Counted from the first letter of the stretch, positions 21,896 to 33,800 are shown. The stretch is DNA of 64,000 bases from Eledone cirrhosa (GCA_964016885.1 OZ024740.1:433814001-433878000); one strand, 5' to 3'. Notes: generated by a model from the letters alone, not told the origin. Numbers and translations: made by a program.

Positions 21896-22171
21896 ATAAC
21901 ATTCAATTCGTTTGCAATTATGCAAACAAGCCTCAATTTTATAGCCATGTCAGTAGAATGAACCCTTCATTCTTGCTCTTGTGTATGCAGTTCTGTTCAT
22001 ATCCCAACACAAGAGCAAGAATGAAGGGTTCATTCTACTGACATGGCTTTAAAATTGAGGCATGTTTGCATAATTGCAAACGAATCGAATGTTATTATTA
22101 ATATTTTAAAAACTCAGATTACATTTATTGTATTCAGCCATGTAGAGCAAAAATTTTCTTTTTATATATAT

Positions 22172-24769
22172 ATTGGACAGCTCCAGGATGGTTACACTGG
22201 GGGTACATGGTGGGCACGGTTACGGCTCAAGAAATGAAGAAGGAGTGAGACTTCTTGAATTTTGTGATGCAAGTACATGACTATTTGCAACACTAACTTC
22301 TAGAAACCTGCCAACCACCTAATAATCTACAAATCAGGCAAGCACATAAGCCAGATTGACTTCTTACTAGGCAGATAGTGTCTAATACCAAGGCATACCC
22401 TGGGGAAGAATGTACCCCACGGCGTAGGTTAATTGTTAGTGATATCTCAGTAAGCAAGAGATGGAATGAGACATACAGGAAGGCGTGGAGAAGAAAGGTC
22501 TGGAAGCTAAAAGACCTTTCACTAAAATACAAATTTAGGAAAGCCCCTCAAGGTGTGTATGACGAAAAAGAAGACGATTTAGAGTCGTATGGTATAGATA
22601 ATAACTGGAATTTCTTACGTGACAACTTACTGCAGGCTACTGATGAAACTTGTGGCTGGAGCAGAGCTCCAACCAGACAGAGAGTGACCTGGTGGTGGAA
22701 CAGCACAGTAGATAGGGCCATTAGAGACAAAAGACTAGCATGGAAGGCTTGGAAAAAGGGTGGGAGTAGAAAAGGATATACAGCCGCTAAGAGAGAAGCT
22801 AGACATCAGGTGTACTTAGCACGCAGGGAGGCTGAGAGTAGGAGGTTTGCCAATGTTCTGCGACGGGAAGATCAGAGGCATGCGGTGTTCCACATTGCAA
22901 GGCAATGTGTCAATGCAAATCAGGATGTTGTTGGAGATAAATGTGTCCGGAATGATGCCGGTGTACTTAGTGTAACGAATGATCAGAAAAAGGAGGCCTG
23001 GAAATGTCATTATGAAAGACTGATGAATGTGGAGAACGAATAGGAGAAAGAGAAATTACCCTCAGTAGATCCGACAGAGGGACCAGCTATTGAGATTGAC
23101 GAATATAGGGTCCAAGAGGCGATTAAGGAAATGAAAAATGGTAAGGCTGCTGGACCGTTGGGATAGTTGCTGAGATGCTGAAGGCATCAAGAGACGTAGG
23201 CACTAAACTGGTTGCACACATCATCAATCAGGCTATATATGGTGGTGTCATACACAAAGACTGGTGCAGCAGTATTCTCATAAATTGCTACAAAGGTAAA
23301 GGGGATGCTCTGGAGAGGAGCAATTATAGGGGTATAAAACTGATGGATCAGGTTATGAAAGTGGCAGAAAGGATATTAGCACAACTAATTAGAGAAAGGG
23401 TCAAACTAGATGAGATGCAGTTTGGTTTTGTGTCTGGGAAAAGTACAACAGATGCCCTCTTCTTGGTGAGACAATTAGAAGAGAGGTTCTTAGAGAAGAA
23501 TAAACCACTATACTTAGCCTTTGTTGACCTAGAGAAGGCCTTTGATAGGGTACCCCGATCTGTCATCTGATGGTTCCTAAGGAAACTAGGTGTTGAGGAA
23601 TGGCTTGTGAGGACAGTGCAAACTTTGTACAGAGGTACTGTCAGTAAAGTCAGGGTAGGAATGGAGTTTAGTGAGGAATTCTAGATACAAGTAGGAGTAC
23701 ATCAAGGTTCGGTCCTCAGCCCGCTCTTGTTCATTATAGTCCTCCAAGCCATAACAGAGGAGTTTAAGACTAGCTGTCCATGGGAACTTCTCTATGCTGA
23801 CGATCTGGTTCTTATAGCAGAATCAGTAGAGGAGCTAGAGAATAAATTCCGGCTATGGAAACAGCAGTTGGAAGCAAGAGGACTGAGAGTGAACCTAGCT
23901 AAGACAAAAGTGTTGATGAGTAGAAAAGAGGACAAAACTCTGATTCCATCAGGGAAATGGCCATGTTCGATATGCAGAAAAGGAACTGGCATAAATTCTA
24001 CAAGAGATGTAGTGGGATAGCAGGCAAACTAACAGGTAGGGAGAAATATGTATGCAGTAGATGTACAGGGAAATTAGACAGTAGAAGTCGCATTGATAGA
24101 CACATTTTTCAAATGCAGGCGGGTGCTATAGAAGTGGTGGATAGCTTCTGGTACCTAGGAGATCAGATTAGCATGGGAGGTGGGTGTTCCGAGGCCATAG
24201 TATCTAGAATAAGGACGGGTTGGAAGAAGTTTAGGGAGCTGCTTCCTCTGCTGACAAAGAAGGGTCTTTTCCTGCGTACGAAAGGCTGGTTATGTGATGC
24301 CTGTGTGAGGAGCGCGATGCTGCATAGTAGTGAGACATGGGCAGCTACTGCAGAGGATATGCGATGGCTGGAGAGAAATGAGGCAAGCATGCTCCGTTGG
24401 ATGTGCAGTGTAAATGTGCGTGAACGACCCAGCATGGATGTGTTGGGAGAGAAACTGTGTCTGAGAGGGATAGAATGTAGTGTGCGAGAGAGGAGACTGC
24501 GGTGGTATGGACATGTGATGCGTATGGAGGATGACCGATGGGTGAAGAAGTGCCAGGAAATGCCAGTTGAAGGAAGACGTGATAGAGGTAGACCACGAAA
24601 AACATTGGCGGAGGTGGTGAGAACAGACCTCAGATCACTGAAGCTTGCACTGGAGATGACGAAGGGCCATGACAAGTGGAGAGATGCTGTGCTGAATAAG
24701 ACCCGCCCCACCCTTGCAAGCAGGGAAAAGCGGACGTAAAATGATGATGATGATGATGATGATGATGAT
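22172..24769 (+). mobile_element. RTE-clade LINE, 5'-truncated within the endonuclease, ORF fragmented
   Basis: GHGYGSRNEEG (EN), TWWWN, KGKGDAL..NYRGIKL, QFGF, FVDLEKAFDRVPR, LLYADDL, YLGD, RRLRWYGHVMR, GRPRKT. Several stops and frameshifts; (GAT)n tail 24740-24769. Confidence 0.93.
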
Positions 24770-25005
24770 ATATATATATATATATATCGTTTCTGAATTT
24801 GTTTAGCAAGATTCTTTATCTGAAAACGTGTGTTGAAACCGATATTGTTATACTTTGGTAGGGTCATGTTGCCAATAAGAAACACACGCACCAGTTGCTT
24901 TCACTTCAATTTATTATAAATTAAATTATAAATTTAAGAAATTTATAAATTTCCGGTTGGTTGGTTGGTTGGTTGGTTCCACAATCGGACGGTTGTTCAT
25001 ATATT

Positions 25006-25048
25006 GTCAAAGTTCTTTCGTCACACATTATGTGACCTCTTCAGTGAC
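25006..25048 (-). ncRNA. Candidate minimal hammerhead ribozyme motif (mirror copy)
   Basis: Reverse complement reads GTCACTGAAGAGGTCACATAATGTGTGACGAAAGAACTTTGAC. Confidence 0.55.
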
Positions 25049-25243
25049 TGGGGATTCTTCTCTTTGTTTCGTGCCTCTCCTTTGTTCTGTCCTACGCCAT
25101 CTTGTTTTTGAAAAAACAAGATGGCGTAGAACAAAACAAAAAGAAGAATCCCCAGTCACTGAAGAGGTCATCTTGTTTTTGAAAAAACAAGATGGCGTAG
25201 GACAGAACAAAGGAGAGGCACGAAACAAAGAGAAGAATCCCCA

Positions 25244-25286
25244 GTCACTGAAGAGGTCACAGAATGTGTGACGAAAGAACTTTGAC
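25244..25286 (+). ncRNA. Candidate minimal type I hammerhead ribozyme motif
   Basis: GTCA-CTGAAGA-G-GTCACA(GAATG)TGTGAC-GAAA-G(AA)C-TT-TGAC: stem I GTCA/TGAC, CUGANGA, stem II, GAAA, minimal stem III, CUU triplet. Confidence 0.55.
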
Positions 25287-25454
25287 AATTTATGAACAAC
25301 CGTCCGGTTGTGGAACCAACCAACTGGAAATTTATAAATTTCTTAAATTTATAATTTAATTTATAATAAATTGGAGTGAAAGCAACTGGTGCGTGTATTT
25401 CTTATTGGCAACATGACCCTACCAAAGTATAACAATATATATATATATATATAT

Positions 25455-26666
25455 GCCTTCGACAGAGTCCCCCGCTCCATTATCTGGTGGGCTCTTAGAA
25501 AACTAGGTGTTGACGAATGGCTTGTGAGAGCTATACAAGCCATGTATAAAGAAACAGTCAGCAAGGTTAGAATTAACAACGAATATAGTGAAGAGTTTAG
25601 CGTAAAAGTTGGCGTCCATCAGGGCTCTGTTCTCAGCCCCCTACTATTTATTATTGCCCTTCAGGCTATAACAGAGGAGTTCAAGACCGGCTGCCCATGG
25701 GAACTCCTATACGCAGACGACCTGACACTCATAGCGGAATCAATGGCCGAGCTAGAGAAGAAATTCCAAACATGGAAGCACGGCCTAGAATCAAAAGGCC
25801 TTAAAATTAACCTGGCTAAGACTAAAGTTCTAGTTTGTAGGAAAGAAAATAAGGCGGCGGTCCCTTCTGGGAAATGGTCGTGCTCGGTGTGTAGGAAAGG
25901 CGTAGGTAGAAACTCCATTTTATGTCCTAAATGCAAAGTATGGGTGCATAAAAGATGTAGTCGGATCACAGGTAAGCTAACTAAGAACATAGATTTTACA
26001 TGTGGCCGGTGCTCTGGTGCAATAAGTAGCAGCAAGTGCCCACAAAATACTAGCTCTTTCAATTGCGCAGAGGGTTCTATAGAAATAGTGGACAGTTTCC
26101 GTTACCTGGGTGATAAAATCAGCAGTGGGGGAGGGTGCTCTGAAAGTACAGTAGCTAGAGTCAGAACTGGTTGGAAAAAGTTCAGAGAGCTTATACCACT
26201 ATTAGCTGCTAAAGCGTTCTCCCTAAAAATGAAAGGCAGGTTGTACGATGCCTGCATACGAACAGCAATGTTGCATGGCAGTGAGACCTGGGCATTGTGT
26301 GCAGAGGATATACGCAGACTAGAGAGGAACGAAGTTTGCATGCTCCGCTGGATGTGTAACAGTAATATACGTGAACGGCAAAGCATAAACGAACTAAGGA
26401 AAAAATTAGAAATAAGAGGGATCAGATGTTGTTTACTCGAGAGAAGGCTACGTTGGTATGGACACGTGATGCGCATGAAAGTCGATAGCTGTATAACAAA
26501 GTGCAGGGCAATAAAGATAGACGGTAGCCACGGAATAGGCAGACCTAGAAAAACCTGGGACGAGCTGATAAACTCCGACCTCACACACTTACACCTCTCC
26601 AAGACAATGTCACTGGACCGAGACCTTTGGCGGTACTCAGTAACAGAGAAGACCCGCCTTACCTAA
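25455..26666 (+). pseudogene. Uninterrupted C-terminal 403 codons of an RTE reverse transcriptase with an internal PHD-type finger (no native start)
   Basis: AFDRVP, VHQGSVLSPLLF, LLYADD, C4HC3 cluster, FRYLG, RRLRWYGHVMR. The first 22 codons of the tracked ORF (25389-25454) come from the neighbouring palindrome and TA repeat. Confidence 0.9.
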
Positions 26667-27075
26667 ATACATAGTAAAACCTACTACAGCCAGTAGGCAT
26701 CTCTAACAAAATACCCCCCCCACCCCCACCCCCGTCCCACCACCCCCACCCCATCCACGCAACCCCGTTCTATGTAAAGTTGTGTTGGTGCCACACCATC
26801 CAGGCCGAAACAAATGAGATCGTGTAGGTGTCACGACAAAAAAACACACAGTCCACGCTGTAATGTGGCCGTGTAGGCAACACGGTAAAAACCTCCCAGA
26901 CCCACACTGTAAATGTGGTTGGTGTTAGGAAGGGTATCCAACTGTAGAAAACCTGCCAGACAGTCCTATGCGAGCAAGACAATCACTCTTGCCTCAAGTG
27001 GGACTACCCCCGTCCAAACCCATGCAAGCGTGGAACACGGACGTTAAACGTTGATGATGATGATGATGATGATGA
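25455..27075 (+). mobile_element. RTE-clade LINE, 5'-truncated, with 3'UTR and (GAT)n tail
   Basis: Starts abruptly at AFDRVPR after (TA)n. 3'UTR 26667-27050 resembles 3361-3660. Tail 27052-27075. Confidence 0.93.
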
Positions 27076-27149
27076 TATATATATATATACAGAGAGAGAG
27101 AGAGAGAGAGAGAATTGTGTATGTTAATATATTGGTAGAGTGTATATAT

Positions 27150-28833
27150 ATAATAATAATAATAATAATATAATGAAATTATTGTGTACAGTGTTCAGGT
27201 GCACTACAACTCATCAAAGGTGCATGTATAGTACATAGAATAATATACAAATGTCAGGAAAGTGAATAGTGTATGAGTCATGATATACATGTGTGCATGT
27301 GTATGGAAGGGGAATATTAGGTGTAGTGTTGGCGAATCTCAGGAAGCTTGGAGGTCTTAAAGGATGCAGTGTCTCGACAGCTAACAACTGATGACGGTAG
27401 TTTGCTCCATGGAGGTCTTAAAGGATGCAGTGTCTCGACAGCTAACAACTGATGCAAGTAGTTTGTTCCATGGAGGTTTTAAAGGGGGCAGTGTCTCGAC
27501 AGCTAACAACTGATGTAAGTAGTTTGTTCCATGGAGGTTTTAAAGGATGCAGTGTCTCGCCAGCTAACAACTGATGCAGGTAGTTTGTTCCATGGAGGTT
27601 TCAAAGGATGCAGTGTCTCGACAGCTAACAACTGATGCAGGTAGTTTGTTCCATGGAGGTTTTAAAGGATGCAGTATATCGACAGCTAACAACTGATGCA
27701 GGTAGTTTGTTCCATGGAGGTTTTAAAGGATGCAGTGTCTCGACAGCTAACAACTGATGCAGGGAGTTTGTTCCATGGAGGTTTTAAAGGATGCAGTGTC
27801 TCGACAGCTAACAACTGATGCAGGTAGTTTGTTACATGGAGGTTTTAAAGGATGCAGTGTCTCGACAGCTAACAACTGATGCAGGGGTTTGTTCCATGGA
27901 GGTTTTAAAGGATGAAGTGTCTCGACAGCTAACAACTGATGCAGGTAGTTTGTTCCATGGAGGTTTTAAAGGATGCAGTGTCTCAACAGCTAACAACTGA
28001 TGCAGGGAGTTTGTTCCATGTTTCAGCAACTCTGAGCATGAAAAAATGTTTCCGAAAGTCATGGGAGCTATGCTGTTTTCTGACTTTGTAGGCATGTCCA
28101 CGTGTGTTAGACACATGAAATTCGAAAAGGTGCTCAGGGTTGTTGTTGGCAAGATGGTTAATAATTTTGTGGGTGTTTACCAAGTCAGTTGCCAGGCATC
28201 GGAGCTTCAATGTATCCATGCCCAGGGAAGCAAGGTGTTCAGAGTATGGTAGATGCCTGATGGAGGGTATTCGTTTGGTTGCATGTCTCTGAACAGTTTC
28301 CGGGCGGTCAATGTTCTGAGCAAGATAGGGGTTCCAGACCAAATTCTAAGTGTGGCCGCACCATAGCTATATACAGCTTTAAATATATAGCTGGAGAGCG
28401 ACTGACAAAGGTCTTGCTGAGTGATGCCAAGGCACCCTCGGCCTTCTTGACAATTTTAGAGACGTGCTTTGTCCAACACAAATCGCTGCTGACAGTAATG
28501 CCCAGGTCACGTTCACAAGAGGAGTTCTTGATATCGGTGTTGTGGAGGGAGTATGTGGACGCTGGGTTTTTATTCCCAAAATGCATGGTGGTACACTTGT
28601 CCATAGCCAGCTTGAGTTGCCAGTCTGTGATCCATTGCTGCATTATGTCCAGGTCAGATTGCAGGAAAGATCTATAGTGTTCAGGAACTGTCCTTTTTAT
28701 TTCAAGGTACAGCTTGATGTCATCTGCATATTTCAGTACTGTGGCATTCTTTAAGTTAGCATCTATGTCATTAATATATGCCACAAACAAAAGGGGGCCA
28801 AGAACAGAACCCTGTGGTATACCAGATGACATC
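27150..28833 (-). mobile_element. 5'-truncated CR1-group LINE with (TTA)n tail
   Basis: SGIPQGSVLGPLLFVAYIND, KYADDIKLY, ERDLG, VRPHLEF, WNPY, VQRHATK, TRGH, WNKLP...FK. Tail (TAA)n at 27150-27173 on the plus strand; frameshifts present. Confidence 0.9.
27347..28020. repeat. 61-bp minisatellite, about 11 copies, amplified from the end of the CR1 ORF2
   Basis: Unit CATGGAGGTTTTAAAGGATGCAGTGTCTCGACAGCTAACAACTGATGCAGGTAGTTTGTTC. The minus strand encodes WNKLPASVVSCRDTASFKTSM. Confidence 0.96.
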
Positions 28834-28889
28834 TGTTGTGTATGTCAATATATTGGTAGAATGTGTGTGTATATATACATATATACACA

Positions 28890-29766
28890 CAGGGTGCGGA
28901 CGATATTTGTTCACAATTTTCAACTGCTAATTTTATGCAAATCTTTTTTACTTCCGTTGTCACTCTTGTCTTCATAAAAACAGTGACTATATTTCCATTA
29001 TTTATTTTCAGAATAATTAATTATGAATAATTTTGAACCTCCAAATTTGGGGAAGAGACACGGAGTTCTTCTTGGAATCCACGCCGGGAGGACAAATAAG
29101 ACCAGAAGATCAACTCCCAGAACAACAGGTGGCTCGCTGTCTCATCCAAAGACGTGCCCAGAGTCATGCAGACAAAGTTTTCAGCGACAACATTGGTCTT
29201 GTGTTTCGTCAGCAATCAAGGTGACGTCATGCCACCTCACTTCTTCCCTGAAGGCCTCAAGCTGAACACCGATGGCTACATCCGCGTTCTGAGTGAGGTA
29301 TTAAGCCCTGGATCGACCAGGTAGCTGCAGGTAGGCCGTACGTGTGGCAGCAAGACTCAGCACCCTGCCATACCAGCCGAAAGACCCAAGCCTGGCTGTC
29401 AGAGAACTTTGTGGACCACACTTCACCTGACATCTGGCCTCCCAGCTCGCCTGACTGCAACCCCCGTAACTTCTTTGTGTGGGGCACAGTGGAACGAGAC
29501 ACCAACAGATCTAGCTGCAATACAAAAGACGATCTGAAGGTCAGGATCACAAGTGCCTTTAGGGGCCTAAGTCGGGGGACAGTGACGAAGGCCTGTAGCC
29601 TGTTCCGAGGCCTTCATTAAAGCCAATGGCGGGTTTATCAAGTGAGGTCGAAAGAACAAGTCATGAAGACAAACTGACCCAAGTTTGATAAATATATCTT
29701 AAAAAATAAAACTACTGTCTTACTTTTTCCTGGACAGTAATCTTGCGAACAGATATCATTCGCACC

Positions 29767-29769
<3 letters not shown>
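28890..29769 (+). mobile_element. Internally deleted Tc1/mariner transposon, DD37D (maT) family
   Basis: Imperfect TIRs CAGGGTGCGGACGATATTTGTTCACAA / TTGCGAACAGATATCATTCGCACCCTG in TA-rich flanks. Transposase remnant WQQDSAPCH...WPPSSPDCNPRN has 37 residues between the second D and the mutated third position. Confidence 0.88.
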
Positions 29770-29832
<63 letters not shown>

Positions 29833-29867
29833 GTGCATGTCAATATATTGGTAGAGTGTGTATACAT

Positions 29868-30040
29868 ATCATCATCATCATTTAACATCTTCCACACTAG
29901 CATGGTTTGGACGAGAATTGTCCCACTTGCAGCAAGATTGATCGGGTGACCTTGTCTTACTTGTATAGGACTGTAGCAGGTTTTCTATGACTGGATGCTT
30001 TTTCTAACACCAACCACATCTACAGTGTGGACTGGGAGCC
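29868..30040 (-). mobile_element. RTE LINE 3'-end fragment
   Basis: (ATC)n followed by TTTAACATCTTCCACACTAGCATGGTTTGGACG...CTAACACCAACCAC..TACAGTGTGG, the reverse complement of the 26900-27075 3'UTR. Confidence 0.8.
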
Positions 30041-30070
30041 TCTCTCTCTCTATATATATATTTATATATA

Positions 30071-30177
30071 TATTTATTAAAATAACAGATTAAAGTTTAA
30101 GCAAAGATCCTGTTAAGGGTGAAAGCAGCGATTCTTTGCTTAAACTTCTTTGCTTAATCTGTTATTTTAATAAATAT
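30071..30177. mobile_element. Collapsed mini-copy of the 2327-2898 inverted-repeat element
   Basis: TATTTATTAAAATAACAGATTAA ... TTAATCTGTTATTTTAATAAATA termini. The interior TTAAGGGTGAAAGCAGCGATTCTTTGCTTAAACTT is identical to 2846-2880. Confidence 0.8.
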
Positions 30178-30819
30178 TTGCTCTACAGTTCTTATATATT
30201 TATATATATTTATCCTTATCGAGCCCTCTTTGGATTTTAGTCTTCAAATTTATTATTATTACATATATATATGTATATAATTATATATACGTATAATCTA
30301 TTATTATTACTATATATACGTGTATATATATATATCACAGAAAAAATAGAATCAGTGTTGCGACGAAAGGAATTTATTGGACATATTACAATTGTTTCTC
30401 GGGCGACCAGTTCAAGGCACAATCGATATGGTTATCAAACCTGACTCTGAAATTGCGCGGTCCTTGGATACATCACGATTCTATGAAGCAGATTTTCCTA
30501 TTGTCCTTTAACATTGAATTCCTTTGTTTGTTTATTTATCCTGTTGTTGTCGTTCCATGACTAGTCACGAATTGTACACGTCACTGGTATTTCTAGCCGC
30601 TCATGGTTGCCCACTGTTTGGTTCTTCTCATTCTCCACCTGTCAATCAAAATTTCTTCATATATCAGAATTACTACTGTGGTGGGAGAGGGGCTGTAATC
30701 TGAATGTAGAATTAGGTCTATTTGTTGAAAACACCTTTGATATAGCCTTTCTGTTTGAAAGGCTGTTGAACGCTTTCATATAAAAAGTTCTTAATACAGG
30801 TTTTTTCCTTTTCTTTTTG

Positions 30820-33800
30820 AAATATGTATGGCGGAGTGTATCCTACTAATGTTACACTAAATATGTATGGTGGAGTGTATCCTACTAATGTTACACTAAA
30901 TATGTATGGTGGAGTGTATCCTAAGGCTGTATCCTACTAATGTTACACTAAATATGTATGGCGGAGTGTATCCTACTAATGTTACACTAAATATGTATGG
31001 TGGAGTGTATCCTACTAATGTTACACTAAATATGTATGGTGGAGTGTATCCTACTAATGTTACACTAAATATGTATGGTGGAGTGTATCCTAAGGCTGTA
31101 TCCTACTAATGTTACACTAAATATGTATGGCGGAGTGTATCCTACTAATGTTACACTAAATATGTATGGTGGAGTGTATCCTACTAATGTTACACTAAAT
31201 ATGTATGGTGGAGTGTATCCTAAGGCTGTGTACTACTAATGTTACACTAAATATGTATGGTGGAGTGTATCCTAAGGCTGTGTCCTACTAATGTTACACT
31301 AAATATGTATGGTGGAGTGTATCCTAAGGCTGTGTCCTACTAATGTTACACTAAATATGTATGGTGGAGTGTATCCTAAGGCTGTGTCCTACTAATGTTA
31401 CACTAAATATGTATGGTGGAGTGTATCCTACTAATGTTACGCTAAATATGTATGGTGGAGTGTATCCTAAGGCTGTGTCCTACTAATGTTACACTAAATA
31501 TGTATGGTGGAGTGTATCCTAAGACTGTGTCCTACTAATGTTACACTAAATATGTATGGTGGAGTGTCTCCTAAGGCTGTGTCCTACTAATGTTACACTA
31601 AATATGTATGGTGGAGTGTATCCTAAGGCTGTGTCCTACTAATGTTACACTAAATATGTATGGTGGAGTGTATCCTAAGGCTGTGTCCTACTAATGTTAC
31701 ACTAAATATGTATGGCGGAGTGTATCCTACTAATGTTACACTAAATATGTATGGCGGAGTGTATCCTACTAATGTTACACTAAATATGTATGGTGGAGTG
31801 TATCCTAAGGCTGTGTCCTACTAATGTTACACTAAATATGTATGGCGGAGTGTATCCTACTAATGTTACACTAAATATGTATGGCGGAGTGTATCCTACT
31901 AATGTTACACTAAATATGTATGGTGGAGTGTATCCTAAGGCTGTGTCCTACTAATGTTACACTAAATATGTATGGCGGAGTGTATCCTACTAATGTTACA
32001 CTAAATATGTATGGTGGAGTGTATCCTAAGGCTGTGTCCTACTAATGTTACACTAAATATGTATGGCGGAGTGTATCCTACTAATGTTACACTAAATATG
32101 TATGGCGGAGTGTATCCTACTAATGTTACACTAAATATGTATGGCGGAGTGTATCCTACTAATGTTACACTAAATATGTATGGTGGAGTGTATCCTAAGG
32201 CTGTGTCCTACTAATGTTACACTAAATATGTATGGCGGAGTGTATCCTACTAATGTTACACTAAATATGTATGGCGGAGTGTATCCTACTAATGTTACAC
32301 TATATATGTATGGTGGAGTGTATCCTAAGGCTGTGTCCTACTAATGTTACACTAAATATGTATGGTGGAGTGTATCCTAAGGCTGTATCCTACTAATGTT
32401 ACACTAAATATGTATGGTGGAGTGTATCCTAAGGCTGTGTCCTACTAATGTTACACTAAATATGTATGGCGGAGTGTATCCTACTAATGTTACACTAAAT
32501 ATGTATGGTGGAGTCTATCCTAAGGCTGTATCCTACTAATGTTACACTAAATATGTATGGTGGAGTGTATCCTACTAATGTTACACTAAATATGTATGGT
32601 GGAGTGTATCCTAAGGCTGTATCCTACTAATGTTACACTAAATATGTATGGTGGAGTGTATCCTACTAATGTTACACTAAATATGTATGGTGGAGTGTAT
32701 CCTACTAATGTTACACTAAATATGTATGGCGGAGTGTATCCTACTAATGTTACACTAAATATGTATGGTGGAGTCTATCCTACTAATGTTACACTAAATA
32801 TGTATGGTGGAGTGTATCCTAAGGCTGTATCCTACTAATGTTACACTAAATATGTATGGTGGAGTGTATCCTAAGGCTGTATCCTACTAATGTTACACTA
32901 AATATGTATGGTGGAGTGTATCCTAAGGCTGTATCCTACTAATGTTACACTAAATATGCATGGTAGAGTGTATCCTACTAATGTTACACTAAATATGTAT
33001 GGCGGAGTGTATCCTACTAATGTTACACTAAATATGTATGGTGGAGTTTATCCTACTAATGTTACACTAAATATGTATGGTGGAGTGTATCCTAAGGCTG
33101 TATCCTACTAATGTTACACTAAATATGTATGGTGGAGTGTATCCTAAGGCTGTATCCTACTAATGTTACACTAAATATGTATGGTGGAGTGTATCCTACT
33201 AATGTTACACTAAATATGTATGGTGGAGTGTATCCTAAGGCTGTGTCCTACTAATGTTACACTAAATATGTATGGTGGAGTGTATCCTAAGGCTGTGTCC
33301 TACTAATGTTACACTAAATATGTATGGTGGAGTCTATCCTAAGGCTGTGTCCTACTAATGTTACACTAAATATGTATGGTGGAGTGTATCCTAAGGCTGT
33401 ATCCTACTAATGTTACACTAAATATGTATGGTGGAGTCTATCCTAAGGCTGTATCCTACTAATGTTACACTAAATATGTATGGTGGAGTGTATCCTAAGG
33501 CTGTATCCTACTAATGTTACACTAAATATGTATGGTGGAGTGTATCCTAAGGCTGTGTCCTACTAATGTTACACTAAATATGTATGGTGGAGTGTATCCT
33601 AAGGCTGTGTCCTACTAATGTTACACTAAATATGTATGGTGGAGTGTATCCTACTAATGTTACACTAAACATGTATGGTGGAGTGTATCCTAAGGCTGTG
33701 TCCTACTAACGTTACACTAAATATGTATGGTGGAGTGTATCCTAAGGCTGTGTCCTACTAATGTGACACTAAATATGTATGGTGGAGTGTATCCTACTAA

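Larger units (their letters stand above)
24842..25438. mobile_element. About 600-bp palindrome, probable inverted pseudo-LTR pair of a Penelope-like element
   Basis: 24842-about 25110 is the reverse complement of about 25180-25438. The centre carries two copies of CATCTTGTTTTTGAAAAAACAAGATG. The element is embedded in (TA)n, with a hammerhead-like core in each arm. Confidence 0.7.

Noticed and set aside
25389-25454. Apparent N-terminus fused to the RTE RT (425-aa ORF)
   Set aside because: Chance in-frame read-through from the palindrome arm and (TA)n into a 5'-truncated LINE.
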